Shown in pieces: positions 1 to 10,141 of a stretch of 64,000 nucleotides of DNA. This DNA comes from Lentisphaeria bacterium. GTDB lineage: Bacteria > Verrucomicrobiota > Lentisphaeria > Oligosphaerales > JBFJXC01. Position 1 is the stretch's first letter; each line of letters starts with the position of its first letter. Under the pieces are notes generated by a model that worked only from the letters and a program-made list of their open reading frames with translations, was not told where the DNA came from and did no database searches. Location of the stretch: NCBI GenBank assembly GCA_041623325.1, contig JBFJXC010000001.1, positions 1,456 through 65,455 on the forward strand. The letters run 5' to 3'. The translations under genes and the position numbers were made by a program.

Positions 1-1
1 C

Positions 2-496
2 CTCATCAACCTCTACAACGCGGCCACGCTCAAGCTCATCATCAATCACTACCCAGTCGAAAGCATCAAGGACATCGGGGGCTGGTTCAAAGGGCCATGG
101 GATCAACCAGTAGTCAGGCTGCTTGGCGATACGATCACCCTGAACCATCTCGAGCACGACATTCTGCGCAAGCAGTATGAGGAGCCGCGACTGCACATGG
201 CGCTGGTCTGCGCCGCAAAAGGATGCCCGCCGCTGCGCGCTGATGCGTACACGGCAGAGAAGTTGGACGAACAGCTTAACGACCAGGCGCGGGTCTATCT
301 CACCAGCCCCGCCGGCATGCGGGTCGAGCGCGACAGAGGCGTCGTCTACCTCTCGGCGATCTTCAAGTGGTATGGCCGCGACTTTGCCTCAGTTCCTGAT
401 TTCATTGAAAGGCACAGTGGGCGGGACATCGGCGGACTCAAGATTCGCTACGTCGACTACGACTGGTCGCTGAACGAACAGGACGGACCGAGATGA
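2..496 (+). CDS. DUF547 domain-containing protein, 5' end cut by window edge
   Basis: Frame 2 is open from nt 2. The translation (LINLYNAATLKLIINHYPVESIKDIGG...HDILRKQYEEPRLHMALVCAAKGCPPL...YLSAIFKWYGRDF) matches the DUF547 pattern as I remember it. Stop at 494-496. Confidence 0.75.
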   Translation, partial: LINLYNAATLKLIINHYPVESIKDIGGWFKGPWDQPVVRLLGDTITLNHLEHDILRKQYEEPRLHMALVCAAKGCPPLRADAYTAEKLDEQLNDQARVYLTSPAGMRVERDRGVVYLSAIFKWYGRDFASVPDFIERHSGRDIGGLKIRYVDYDWSLNEQDGPR

Positions 497-544
497 ATCT
501 GCGCTCGGTCTCCCCTGCTTGCAGGAAGGAGAAGGGAAGCCGAC

Positions 545-1267
545 ATGAAACCGAAACACGAGTCAGGCTGGCTCCGCCCCGTGCTGCTGCTTCTGGCCGT
601 GGCCGTGTTGATCGCCGTCGGCAAGGCGGTGGACGCCCCCGCGCAGCTGCACAGTCTGCTGCACTCGATTGAGTCTCTTGGTGGACTCGGGTATGTGGTG
701 TTCTTTGCGCTCTATGTGACGGCCTGCGTGTTTCTGGTTCCCGGTTCGATTCTGACTCTTGGGGCTGGGGCAATCTACGGTGTGGTCGTTGGGTCGATTC
801 TGGTCTCGGTGTCCTCGGCAGTCGGGGCGACGGCGGCATTCCTAATCGGTCGGCATCTGGCGCGCGACTGGGTGGTCGGCAAGGTGCAGGGAAATGCAAG
901 ATTCGCCGCCATCGACAACGCGGTTGGCGTCGAGGGCTGGAGAATCGTCGCTCTGACGCGCCTGTCGCCGGCTTTTCCCTTCGCCTTGCTCAACTATGCC
1001 TACGGCCTGACCAAGGTGCGGCTGGGCGACTACTTTGTTGCCTCCTGGCTCGGCATGCTGCCGGGAACGGTCATGTACGTCTACCTGGGGTCGCTGGCAA
1101 AATCGCTGAGCGCGCTGGGGGCGGACTGTCCGGGCTGTGAGCGCAGCGCGGCGCAGTGGGTGTTCTACGCCGCCGGTTTGCTGGCCACCGTTGCCGTCAC
1201 CGTCTACGTCACCCGCATCGCGCGCCGCGCGCTGAACAAGAAGATCTCGCCGGGAGGCACGCCATGA
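545..1267 (+). CDS. TVP38/TMEM64 (DedA-related, SNARE-associated) family membrane protein
   Basis: 240 aa with several hydrophobic segments. Family-typical stretch FLVPGSILTLGAGAIYG...RLSPAFPFALLNYAYGLT. GGAGAAGGGA Shine-Dalgarno upstream of ATG 545. Confidence 0.85.
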   Translation: MKPKHESGWLRPVLLLLAVAVLIAVGKAVDAPAQLHSLLHSIESLGGLGYVVFFALYVTACVFLVPGSILTLGAGAIYGVVVGSILVSVSSAVGATAAFLIGRHLARDWVVGKVQGNARFAAIDNAVGVEGWRIVALTRLSPAFPFALLNYAYGLTKVRLGDYFVASWLGMLPGTVMYVYLGSLAKSLSALGADCPGCERSAAQWVFYAAGLLATVAVTVYVTRIARRALNKKISPGGTP

Positions 1268-2793
1268 GCGAATCATGGAAATTTCCCGTTTCTCCCCGCG
1301 ATGCGTGCAACCGTGCTTTGCTCGGGAATGTGCATCCGCCGGAATGGCGTAACCCGGATCCGCAACCGATCTACAACCTGGTTGTGATTGGAGCCGGCAC
1401 CGCCGGGTTGATCAGCGCGGCCGGCGCGGCTGGCCTTGGGGCGAAGGTGGCCCTGGTCGAGCGGCATCTCATGGGAGGCGACTGCCTGAATGTGGGCTGT
1501 GTCCCCTCCAAGTCTCTCATCCGCTCCGCACGCCTGGCGACGGAAATGAAGAAGGCGGCCGAATTCGGACTCACCGGCGGCGACGTTCGCCAGGACGATT
1601 TTCCGCGTGTTATGCAGCGGCTGCGGCGCATCCGGGCGGAGATCAGCCGGCATGATTCGGCCAGCCGCTACCGGGATGAACTGGGAGTCGATCTGTTTTT
1701 GGGCGAGGCGACATTCTGCGGGCCGGACGCAGTCGAAGTCGGCGGTAAACAGCTGCGTTTCAAGAAGGCGGTCATTGCGACCGGTGCCAGCGCAGTGCAT
1801 CCGCGCATCGAAGGGCTTGCCGACACTGGCTTTCTGACCAACGAGACCGTCTTCAATCTAACCGAACTGCCTCGGCAGCTCATCGTTGTCGGTGGCGGAC
1901 CCATTGGTTGCGAACTGGCCCAGGCCTTCCGCAGGCTGGGGGCGGACGTCAGCATTGTCCAGCATTCCAGGTTTCTTCCCCGAGAGGATCCGGATGCCTC
2001 GGCCATACTCGCCCGAGTGTTCGAGCGTGAAGGCATCCGCGTGCTTCTCGACGCGGACACCAAGCTGGTTCGGAGGCAAGGTGGCCGCAGGCAGGTCATC
2101 GTCACCCATAACGGGCAGGACGAGATCCTCGAGGGCGAGCAGATCCTCATCGGTGCGGGCCGCGCCCCGAATGTCGATGGGCTGAATCTGGATGCGGCCG
2201 GTGTGCAGTATGACCCGAGGCGAGGCGTGATCGTCGACGACTTTCTGCGCACAAGCAATCCGCGCATCTACGCGGCGGGCGACTGCTGCATGGCTTGGAA
2301 ATTCACCCACGCCGCGGATGCCGCCGCCCGCCTTGTCATCCAGAACGCGCTCTTCAAGGGCCGGGCCAGGCTCTCCCGTCTGATCATGCCTTGGTGCACC
2401 TACACCGATCCGGAGATCGCGCATGTGGGGCTCTATGAATATGATGCCGCAGAGCGCGGGGTCGAGACCGACACGTTCAGGGTCGAGATGGCCGACATCG
2501 ACCGGGCCCAGGCCGACGGCCAGACCGAGGGCTTTGTCAAGGTGCTTGTTCGCAAGGGCACGGACCGGATACTCGGCGCCACTATCGTTTCCGCCCATGC
2601 CGGCGAGATGATCAGCGAGATCTCCGTCGCCATGGCCGCGAATGCCGGTCTGAAGACTCTGTCTGCCGCGATCCACCCCTATCCAACCCAGACCGAGGCG
2701 CTGAAGCGCGTTGCCGACGCCTACAACCGCACCCGCCTGACCCCAACCATCAAGAAACTGTTGGCCGGGTGGTTGAGGTGGCAGAGGCGATAG
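1264..2793 (+). CDS. Pyridine nucleotide-disulfide oxidoreductase (mercuric reductase / dihydrolipoamide dehydrogenase-like flavoprotein)
   Basis: Start moved to ATG 1264, which forms an ATGA overlap with the TVP38 stop; upstream codons of the tracked ORF are Arg-rich overlap. FAD motif VVIGAGTAGL, redox disulfide GGDCLNVGCVPSK, second Rossmann VVGGGPIGCE, C-terminal dimerisation region HPYPTQTEA. Confidence 0.9.
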   Translation: MSESWKFPVSPRDACNRALLGNVHPPEWRNPDPQPIYNLVVIGAGTAGLISAAGAAGLGAKVALVERHLMGGDCLNVGCVPSKSLIRSARLATEMKKAAEFGLTGGDVRQDDFPRVMQRLRRIRAEISRHDSASRYRDELGVDLFLGEATFCGPDAVEVGGKQLRFKKAVIATGASAVHPRIEGLADTGFLTNETVFNLTELPRQLIVVGGGPIGCELAQAFRRLGADVSIVQHSRFLPREDPDASAILARVFEREGIRVLLDADTKLVRRQGGRRQVIVTHNGQDEILEGEQILIGAGRAPNVDGLNLDAAGVQYDPRRGVIVDDFLRTSNPRIYAAGDCCMAWKFTHAADAAARLVIQNALFKGRARLSRLIMPWCTYTDPEIAHVGLYEYDAAERGVETDTFRVEMADIDRAQADGQTEGFVKVLVRKGTDRILGATIVSAHAGEMISEISVAMAANAGLKTLSAAIHPYPTQTEALKRVADAYNRTRLTPTIKKLLAGWLRWQRR

Positions 2794-3627
2794 GTGATGA
2801 CCATCCTGTTCTCAAATCCAATGTTGACCCGCATTGCCATCGGCACGTCCGTATTGGTGGCCTTGCTGCTTTGGGAGTCGTGGAAGCCATTTTTTCCGTT
2901 CTTCGCCGGGGCGGGGCGGAGACGCCGCAAGCACCTAGCACGAAACTTGAGCGTGGGGTTGCTGAATGCCGCGCTGACGGTGCTGTTCTTTTCCACCCTA
3001 TGGCGGAAAGGTGCCGCTTGGTCGACGGACGCGGGGTTGGGCATTCTGGATCGCATCGCCATGCCGATGTGGCTGCATGCAGGTGCGGCAATTCTGCTGT
3101 TGGACATCTGGACCTATTGGTGGCACCGGGCAAATCATCGGCTGGCCTTCCTGTGGCGATTCCACCGCATGCATCACTCTGATCCGGAGTTGGATGTGAC
3201 CAGCGCACGGCGCTTTCATCCGGGAGAGATCGCCATGTCCTCAATTCTACGTGCGCCCCTAATAGTCGTCCTGGGCATTCACTTGTGGGAACTGGCTTTC
3301 TACGAGTTGCTTATGGGGATGGTCGTGGACTTCCATCATGCCAATGTGGCCTTGCCGGAACGGTTCGACCGCTTACTAAGGACCCTGTTGGTGACCCCAG
3401 CCATGCACAAGGTGCACCACTCTCGCATCCGGTTGGAGACGGACTCGAACTACACCTCGTTGTTATCCTTGTGGGATCGAGTGTTTGGTTCCTTCCGGCT
3501 GCAGCCTGCCCTGTCCGCAATCCAGATCGGACTCGATGGCTGGAGCGAATCCGGGCATCAGACCTTGCCCGGCATGCTGGCAACTCCGTTGCGAAATCAC
3601 CCGAATGAAAATAAAGTCATCCTTTAG
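2794..3627 (+). CDS. Fatty acid hydroxylase / sterol desaturase superfamily membrane protein
   Basis: Three histidine boxes (HRANH, HRMHHSD, HKVHHS) in a multi-TM protein. GTG 2794 or ATG 2797 lies directly after the upstream stop. Confidence 0.85.
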   Translation: MMTILFSNPMLTRIAIGTSVLVALLLWESWKPFFPFFAGAGRRRRKHLARNLSVGLLNAALTVLFFSTLWRKGAAWSTDAGLGILDRIAMPMWLHAGAAILLLDIWTYWWHRANHRLAFLWRFHRMHHSDPELDVTSARRFHPGEIAMSSILRAPLIVVLGIHLWELAFYELLMGMVVDFHHANVALPERFDRLLRTLLVTPAMHKVHHSRIRLETDSNYTSLLSLWDRVFGSFRLQPALSAIQIGLDGWSESGHQTLPGMLATPLRNHPNENKVIL

Positions 3628-3707
3628 GAAGTGGTGGTTCAGCACGGGAACACTGACGAAGCGGGTCGTGGTACAGCAGTAGGCACAATTCAAGAGGGGA
3701 GGGTAAG

Positions 3708-5063
3708 ATGAAAACCATGAAAGCGACCATAGGTATTCCGGCCGTTTGGAGGCTGGTTGTAGCTGGGGCCATGTTCACGTGCCGGTGTGCATCCCCGGAA
3801 GACACGGTTCCGGCGGGGCAGACCGTCACCATCGAACAGATCGCCGAGGGCATCGACTCACATATCGCGGCCAAAGTCAAGGCGGACGGGGGGTACTACC
3901 GGCTGCAGCACGGCGACAAGGAGTTGCAGCTGAAGTTGGTTCGGGTACACATGGAGTACCTCTCCGACCTCGGGGGAGGGGTGCATTTCGCCTGCGTGGA
4001 TCTGGCGGACGTCAGCGGCGATGTCTACGATGTGGATTTTTTCCTTGCCGGTCCTCCGGGGGCCATGGCCGTCACCGAAACCACAGTCCACAAGATCAAC
4101 GGGCAACCTTATTACGCCTGGGAACAGAGGAAGGACCGCACCTGGCACCGTATTCCGGTGGAACGAGCATCGGATGAGCATTTTGGCGTCCTTCGGGGGC
4201 GCGACACCTTTGAGTTCCGGTACAAGGCGGTGCTGCCGGAACTGTCCGGCCCCGCCCGGATGTGGCTGCCACTGCCGGAGACGGATGCCTTTCAGGCCGT
4301 TGAGGTTCTTTCGGTCCGCGCGCCCGGCAAGCAACGCGTGCTGTGGGACCGGGACCACGCCAACCGTATCCTGTTCCTGGAACTTGCACCGGAAGACAGT
4401 GCCGGAACCGTGGAGGTCGACTTCAGGGTAAGCCGGCGGGAGAAGGCCATCTATTCGGGTTCTGAATCGGATGCCAAACGCTACCTCAAGCCCGAGAGGC
4501 TCGTTCCAGCCGCAGACAATTTCCGCTCCATCGCCGAAAGGGTCGTTGCCGGCAAGACACAGGATCTGGTACGGGCGCGCGCCCTCTATGACCACGTCAT
4601 CGACCGGATGCGCTACATGAAATACGGCGATGGCTGGGGACGGGGGGATGCCAACTACGCCTGCAACGCGGCCACTGGCAACTGCACCGACTTCCATTCC
4701 TATTTTATTGCGTTGGCGCGCTCTGTGGAAATTCCCGCTCGTTTTGCCATCGGTGCCGCCATACCTTCCGAGCGTGACGAAGGCGGTATCGACGGCTATC
4801 ACTGCTGGGCAGAGTTCCATGCCGACGGCAAATGGTGGCCGGTCGACATCAGTGAGGGCGACAAATACTCCAGCCTGGCCACGTACTACTTCGGCCATCA
4901 CCCGGCAAACCGTTTCGAGCTCAGCCGCGGCCGCGACATCGCGGTCGATCCGTTGCCCGCGTCGGGTCCGATCAACTTCCTGGCCTATCCGGTGCTGGAA
5001 GTGGGCGGCAAGGCAGCCTCCGCCAAAGTCACGTTTTCGTTCCGCCGCCTGGCCGGGCATTGA
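3708..5063 (+). CDS. Transglutaminase-like cysteine protease domain protein (probable lipoprotein)
   Basis: N-terminal signal ending in a Cys (AGAMFTCRC). Transglutaminase core triad context [26 protein letters not shown] ... [10 protein letters not shown] ... WWPVD. GGAGG SD before ATG 3708. Confidence 0.8.
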   Translation: MKTMKATIGIPAVWRLVVAGAMFTCRCASPEDTVPAGQTVTIEQIAEGIDSHIAAKVKADGGYYRLQHGDKELQLKLVRVHMEYLSDLGGGVHFACVDLADVSGDVYDVDFFLAGPPGAMAVTETTVHKINGQPYYAWEQRKDRTWHRIPVERASDEHFGVLRGRDTFEFRYKAVLPELSGPARMWLPLPETDAFQAVEVLSVRAPGKQRVLWDRDHANRILFLELAPEDSAGTVEVDFRVSRREKAIYSGSESDAKRYLKPERLVPAADNFRSIAERVVAGKTQDLVRARALYDHVIDRMRYMKYGDGWGRGDANYACNAATGNCTDFHSYFIALARSVEIPARFAIGAAIPSERDEGGIDGYHCWAEFHADGKWWPVDISEGDKYSSLATYYFGHHPANRFELSRGRDIAVDPLPASGPINFLAYPVLEVGGKAASAKVTFSFRRLAGH

Positions 5064-5166
5064 CCGGAGGCTTGAGGGCAAATATCCGAGTGTCGCGGCA
5101 GCAACACTTTACCGAGTCGCTGCACTCCGGCACTCCAGAGCCCCACTACTAGGCGAGACTCTAGTA

Positions 5167-7422
5167 ATGAACAATCACATGTGGAACACGGTTCTGCGGG
5201 CATTAGCCGGGGCTGCTCTGCTGGGGGGGCACGGCTGCAGCGGCGAGGGCCCGAAAGGGACGGCGACCCAGCACATGAATGAAAAGAGCACCATGCAAAC
5301 CAATCGACTGATCCGCGAGAAGAGCCCCTACCTGCTCCAGCATGCCCATAACCCGGTTGACTGGTATCCCTGGGGAGAGGAGGCCTTCGCCAAGGCACGG
5401 CGGGAGAACAAGCCGATCTTTCTGTCGGTGGGTTACTCGACCTGCCATTGGTGCCATGTCATGGCGCGCGAATCGTTCGAAAACGAGGAGATCGCCGCGG
5501 TACTCAACCAGCACTTTGTATCCATCAAGGTGGATCGCGAAGAGCGTCCCGATATCGACAAGGTCTACATGAGCTACGTGCAGGCCACCACTGGTGGTGG
5601 CGGTTGGCCCATGAGCGTCTGGCTGACGCCCTCTCTCAAGCCCTTTGTGGGCGGGACATACTACCCGCCGGAAGACCGCTGGGGCAGGCCGGGTTTCACG
5701 AGCATCCTGCTGCGCATCGCCGAGGCCTGGGAGCTGGACCGGGATCGGATCGTCGCCGCCGCCGACTCGGCCGTCGAGCATCTGCGCCAGGCCACCATCA
5801 CCGCCCCTGATCCGTCCTTAGAATTGGAGCGCGAACTTCTCGACACGGCCTACGCGCAAATAAGGTCCTCATACGACTCGCGCCATGGTGGATTCGGCGG
5901 TGCACCCAAATTCCCCCGGCCATCCGCCCCGGATTTCATGTTGCGCTATCATGCCCGAACCGGCAAGCAGGATGCGCTGGACATGACGCGGCATACTCTG
6001 CGCGAAATGGCCAAAGGGGGAATGTACGATCATCTCGGGGGAGGCTTTCACCGCTATTCCGTGGACGAACGCTGGCACGTGCCGCACTTCGAGAAGATGC
6101 TCTACGATCAGGCCCAACTCGTTTGCACCTATCTGGATGCCTATCAAGTCACACAGGATGCGGCCTTTGCCCGTGTGGCCCGCCAGACGCTCGACTACGT
6201 TCGGCGCGACCTGACCGGGCCGGCCGGGCAATTCTATTCGGCCGAAGACGCCGACAGCGACATCCCCGGCAAGCCCGGCCACCATGCCGAAGGCGCGTTC
6301 TATGTCTGGGAGCGCGACGAGATCGACGCCGTGTTAGGCGCTCAGGCGACCGATATCTTCTGCTTCCATTACGGCATCGGCAAAGCCGGCAACGTCCGCG
6401 ACGATCCCCATGGCGAGTTCCAGCGCAAGAACATTCTCTATGTTGCGCACTCGGCTGCGGAAACCTCAGACCGTTTCGGCAAGTCACCCGATGAGGTGGT
6501 CCGCCTTCTTGACCAGGCCCGCCGCAAGCTCTTCGTCAGGCGCACGGAACGCCCCCGTCCGCATCTGGACGACAAGACCATCACCGCCTGGAACGGCCTG
6601 ATGATCTCCGCCTTCGCCCGCGCCCACCAGGTTCTGGATGAACACAACTACCTGGAGAGCGCCCGCGCGGCCGCCGGTTTCATCCGAACCAGGCTCTATG
6701 ATGGACAACGGGGCCTGCTGTTGCGCCGGTATCGCGACGGCGAAGCCGCCATCGATGGCTACCTCGACGACTACGCCTTCCTGATCCGCGGCCTGCTCGA
6801 TCTGTACGAAGCCTCGTTCGATGCCGAATACCTGACGTGGGCGATTGCGCTTCAGAACAAGCAGAACGACCTCTTCTGGGATCCCAGCGGCGGTGGCTAT
6901 TTCGACACGACCGGGCAGGACGAAGCCGTTCTGCTGCGGATGAAAAACGACTATGACGGTGCGGAGCCATCGCCGAACTCAATCTCAGTGCTCAACCTGT
7001 TGCGCCTAGCCCAGATGACCGACCACTCGCAATACCGCACCAAGGCGGACAAGACGCTGGCGGCTTTCGCTGCCCACCTGACGCGCGCCCCCCACGCCAT
7101 GCCGCAGATGATGGCGGCGTTTGATTATCACCTCGACCAACCGAAGCAAATTATCATTGCCGGCGATCCTGCGGCAGAGGATACGCAGCGTCTCCTGCGC
7201 GAAGTCCACGCCCGCTTCATTCCCAACAAGATCGTCCTGCTCGCCGATGGCGCGGACAACCAGCAGGCCCTGGCCCGGCATTTCGGCTTCGTCGCCTCCA
7301 TTCAGCGCCTCGACGGCAAGGCCACCGCCTACGTCTGCGAAAACAATGTCTGCAAACTGCCGACGACCGATCCGGCCCAATTGGCGGAGCAGCTCGGAAG
7401 TCGCCGCACGGGCGTCCCATAG
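5167..7422 (+). CDS. Thioredoxin-domain protein, DUF255 / YyaL (SSP411-like) with six-hairpin glycosidase-like C-terminal domain
   Basis: Family-typical N-terminus [47 protein letters not shown]. The start is uncertain: ATG 5167 was chosen because the 179 codons upstream overlap the end of the previous CDS, and there is no clear SD. Confidence 0.85.
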   Translation: MNNHMWNTVLRALAGAALLGGHGCSGEGPKGTATQHMNEKSTMQTNRLIREKSPYLLQHAHNPVDWYPWGEEAFAKARRENKPIFLSVGYSTCHWCHVMARESFENEEIAAVLNQHFVSIKVDREERPDIDKVYMSYVQATTGGGGWPMSVWLTPSLKPFVGGTYYPPEDRWGRPGFTSILLRIAEAWELDRDRIVAAADSAVEHLRQATITAPDPSLELERELLDTAYAQIRSSYDSRHGGFGGAPKFPRPSAPDFMLRYHARTGKQDALDMTRHTLREMAKGGMYDHLGGGFHRYSVDERWHVPHFEKMLYDQAQLVCTYLDAYQVTQDAAFARVARQTLDYVRRDLTGPAGQFYSAEDADSDIPGKPGHHAEGAFYVWERDEIDAVLGAQATDIFCFHYGIGKAGNVRDDPHGEFQRKNILYVAHSAAETSDRFGKSPDEVVRLLDQARRKLFVRRTERPRPHLDDKTITAWNGLMISAFARAHQVLDEHNYLESARAAAGFIRTRLYDGQRGLLLRRYRDGEAAIDGYLDDYAFLIRGLLDLYEASFDAEYLTWAIALQNKQNDLFWDPSGGGYFDTTGQDEAVLLRMKNDYDGAEPSPNSISVLNLLRLAQMTDHSQYRTKADKTLAAFAAHLTRAPHAMPQMMAAFDYHLDQPKQIIIAGDPAAEDTQRLLREVHARFIPNKIVLLADGADNQQALARHFGFVASIQRLDGKATAYVCENNVCKLPTTDPAQLAEQLGSRRTGVP

Positions 7423-7547
7423 GGTCTGTGGAGAGATGGAGAATTGGAGTGTTGGGGCAGTGTTTCGTGCTGCGGGAGTTTCCTGTAACGGGCCAATGCG
7501 GCATATGCATCAGAACTCAATGGATTGAACAGGAGTTGCTGTAAAGT

Positions 7548-7666
7548 TAAACGCCATAGGTTTGACGCTTTCCCGCTTAGCGGGATCGCAGGCTCCGGCC
7601 TCTGCCTTCGGCGGTCAGGAGTTCAGGGGTTCAGTATCGTGCCTGAATACTGAACCTGAACACTTA
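7548..7666 (+). repeat. Intergenic repeat element, copy A (related to 11292-11380)
   Basis: AAACGCCATAGGTTT hairpin, extra CCCGC-TTAG-CGGG hairpin, a 40-nt core GCAGGCTCCGGCCTCTGCCTTCGGCGGTCAGGAGTTCAGG, then the inverted repeat GGTTCAGTAT / ATACTGAACC and CCTGAACACT. The core is 39/41 identical to copy B. Confidence 0.8.
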
Positions 7667-7709
7667 AAATCAGGGCGTTCAAATCAACAGTAACACTGAG
7701 GTCTGATGC

Positions 7710-9074
7710 ATGAACACGAGGGAACAGATGGTGTCGCTGATCATGTTGGCCCGGTTTCCCGTTCCAGGAGAAGCCAAGACCCGGCTGATTCCGGCGCTGG
7801 GCTCTGTTGGTGCGGCCCGGTTGCATCGGCGTCTGACCGAGCACGCGGTCGCGGTGGCCCGCTTGGCCCGCGATATCCACGGGTTGAACGTCACGGTCTG
7901 CGGTACTGGGGGGAAAACCAGCGCGTTCCGGTCATGGCTTGGTCCCGACCTGCAGTACAGACAACAGGCAGCCGGAGACCTTGGGCGGCGCCTTTGCCGG
8001 GCCGTCGACGACGCTTTTGCCGCAGGCGCGACCCGCGTGCTTGCCATGGGAACCGACGTGCCAGACACGACCGCTGGGATCCTGGGCCGGGCTGCGGCAA
8101 TGCTGGCTTCGCACGACGTAGTGCTTGGCCGCGCCGAGGACGGGGGATACTACCTGATCGGGCTCAACGGGCCTCATCCGGAACTCTTCGCGGGCATCGA
8201 CTGGGGCAGTGGGCAGGTGGCGGACCAGACCTGCTCGGCAATCAGGAAGCTGGGACTTAGCCTGGGCGAGTTGCCAACTCTCGGCGATGTCGACCGTCCG
8301 GATGATCTTGCCGAACTCCGCGAGAACCCGATCGTTGCCGATGTCTTGACCGGGCTGCCACTACTGTCGGTGATCGTTCCGACACTCAACGAGGCCGGTG
8401 TCATCGGCAGCACTCTTGCGCGAGCAAAGTGCGCCAATGGTGTCGAACTTATCGTGGCCGATGGGGGCAGTGTGGACGGCACCCGGCAGATTGCCGCCCG
8501 GTCTGGCGCCAGGGTGCTGGAGACACGTGCCGGCCGCGCGGCGCAGATGAATGCCGGCGCCTCTTCCGCCCAGGGAAGGATTCTGGTTTTTCTGCACGCC
8601 GATACGCTTCTTCCCGACCAGTATGAGGATCGCATCCGAACGGCCCTCGAACGGCCGGAGGTGGTCGCGGGGGCGTTCCGCTTGCGCACCGATGGTGCTG
8701 GCTGGGCCATGCGGCTCATGGAATGGGGGGCGAACCTGCGCTCAACCCTGCTTGGCTTGCCCTATGGCGATCAGGCTCTGTTCCTGGAGAAACGGGTGTT
8801 TCAGGAAATGGGAGGCTTTGCTGGCCTGCCGATCATGGAAGATTTTGATCTCGTTCGACGCTTGGGGCGAAGGGGGAAGGTGACCATCCTCGAGGAATCG
8901 GTTATGACCTCTTTTCGGCGTTGGCGCCGGCTTGGAGTTTTGCGCACGCTGGTTCGCAACCAGCTGGTGGTCGCCGGTTTCCTTGCCGGCATCTCGCCGC
9001 AACGGTTGGCGCGTTTCTACCACAGCGGAAAATCAGAAAAAATATTTGCTGGGAGTAGGGAGTCGAGAGTATGA
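7710..9074 (+). CDS. Fused DUF2064 (TIGR04282-type) / family-2 glycosyltransferase (TIGR04283-type) protein
   Basis: The N-terminal half (IMLARFPVPGEAKTRLIPALG...GGYYLIGL) is the DUF2064 pattern. The C-terminal half (LSVIVPTLNEAG...VADGGSVDGT...FLHADT...PIMEDFDLVRRL) is a GT2 pattern. They form a single 454-codon frame. Confidence 0.85.
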   Translation: MNTREQMVSLIMLARFPVPGEAKTRLIPALGSVGAARLHRRLTEHAVAVARLARDIHGLNVTVCGTGGKTSAFRSWLGPDLQYRQQAAGDLGRRLCRAVDDAFAAGATRVLAMGTDVPDTTAGILGRAAAMLASHDVVLGRAEDGGYYLIGLNGPHPELFAGIDWGSGQVADQTCSAIRKLGLSLGELPTLGDVDRPDDLAELRENPIVADVLTGLPLLSVIVPTLNEAGVIGSTLARAKCANGVELIVADGGSVDGTRQIAARSGARVLETRAGRAAQMNAGASSAQGRILVFLHADTLLPDQYEDRIRTALERPEVVAGAFRLRTDGAGWAMRLMEWGANLRSTLLGLPYGDQALFLEKRVFQEMGGFAGLPIMEDFDLVRRLGRRGKVTILEESVMTSFRRWRRLGVLRTLVRNQLVVAGFLAGISPQRLARFYHSGKSEKIFAGSRESRV

Positions 9075-9970
9075 ATGAGCCAAAACCGGTTTCATGGCGT
9101 CGAACCGCCGATGGCAAGCCGCGCGGATACATCGACATGCCGCGGCTCCGGGAACTTTGGTTCCATACCGGTACCACCTGCAATTTGCGCTGCCCGGACT
9201 GCTATGAGCACTCCAGCCCCGATAACCAACGGCTTGAGGAAATCGCTATGGAAGATGTTCGGCCGATTATCGAGCAAGCTGTGGCTAGAGGGGTCGAGAA
9301 GTTCTCCTTCACTGGCGGGGAGCCATTCATGAACCCGAACATGGTTCCGATTCTGGCGTACGCCCTGACACAACGACCGTGCCTGGTCCTGACCAATGGA
9401 ACGCAACCACTTCGGCAGAAAATGGCGGCCGTAAAGGCTCTGGCCGACAAACCATACCCGCTTTCGTTCCGCATAAGTCTTGATGCGCCCAATCCGCAGA
9501 AGCATGATGCCCGGCGTGGTAAGGGAATGTTCGCCTTGGCACTGCAGACCCTCGCCGAGCTCTACCGTTCAGGCTTCCAGGTCGCCATCGCCCGCCGCAA
9601 GGAAGATGGCGAGGACTCGGCCGCAACCGATGCCGCCTACGCGACCTGGTTGGAGTCGGTCGGTGTGCCGGTCTCCGTGCCCATAATCGCTTTTCCTGAC
9701 CTTCGGAGAACCTGCACGCCGGAAATCACCGAGGACTGCATGAGAACCTATCAGACGGCCGAAACACGGGCCAGATTCATGTGTGCCTTCAGCCGGATGG
9801 CGGTCAAGCAGAACGGGGGCATGAGGATCTACGCGTGCACCCTTGTCGATGACCGACCCGAATTCGACCTCGGCGGCAACTTGGCCGAGGCCTGTAGCGC
9901 CCGTGTGATGCTGGCACATCCGCGCTGCTTTGCCTGCTTCGCTGGCGGTACATCCTGCAGCGAGCTTTGA
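9071..9970 (+). CDS. Radical SAM protein with C-terminal Cys-rich domain (TIGR04167 / ArsS-like family suspected)
   Basis: ATGA overlap with the upstream stop. CxxxCxxC cluster motif TGTTCNLRCPDCY, GGEPF motif, and a C-terminal Cys-rich tail (CTLVDD...HPRCFACFAGGTSCSE). Radical SAM is secure; the subfamily call is from memory only. Confidence 0.8.
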   Translation: MNEPKPVSWRRTADGKPRGYIDMPRLRELWFHTGTTCNLRCPDCYEHSSPDNQRLEEIAMEDVRPIIEQAVARGVEKFSFTGGEPFMNPNMVPILAYALTQRPCLVLTNGTQPLRQKMAAVKALADKPYPLSFRISLDAPNPQKHDARRGKGMFALALQTLAELYRSGFQVAIARRKEDGEDSAATDAAYATWLESVGVPVSVPIIAFPDLRRTCTPEITEDCMRTYQTAETRARFMCAFSRMAVKQNGGMRIYACTLVDDRPEFDLGGNLAEACSARVMLAHPRCFACFAGGTSCSEL

Positions 9971-10141
9971 CCGAGCCGCTACTTGCTTTTTCCGTCTCTC
10001 GCAACGCCGGCGAACCTCCGGTTGGGTTGCTTGCGTTCTGAAGCTGGTTCTCGCAAGGGAAAACGCTCGGCGGGGAACCGCATCGTTGGCGGATCGGCTA
10101 TATTGAGGGCTGAACTGCCACGAAAAAGGAGAGCTTCCCCA

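Noticed and set aside
4630-5166. N-terminal 179 codons of the tracked 930-aa ORF. Similar cases are 1156-1263, 9983-10141, 23581-23700, 45821-47113 upstream of 46753, and 41653-42330.
   Set aside because: These extensions overlap the 3' end of the preceding, well-supported gene in another frame. They are Arg/Pro/Ala-rich and precede an internal ATG or GTG with a better context.
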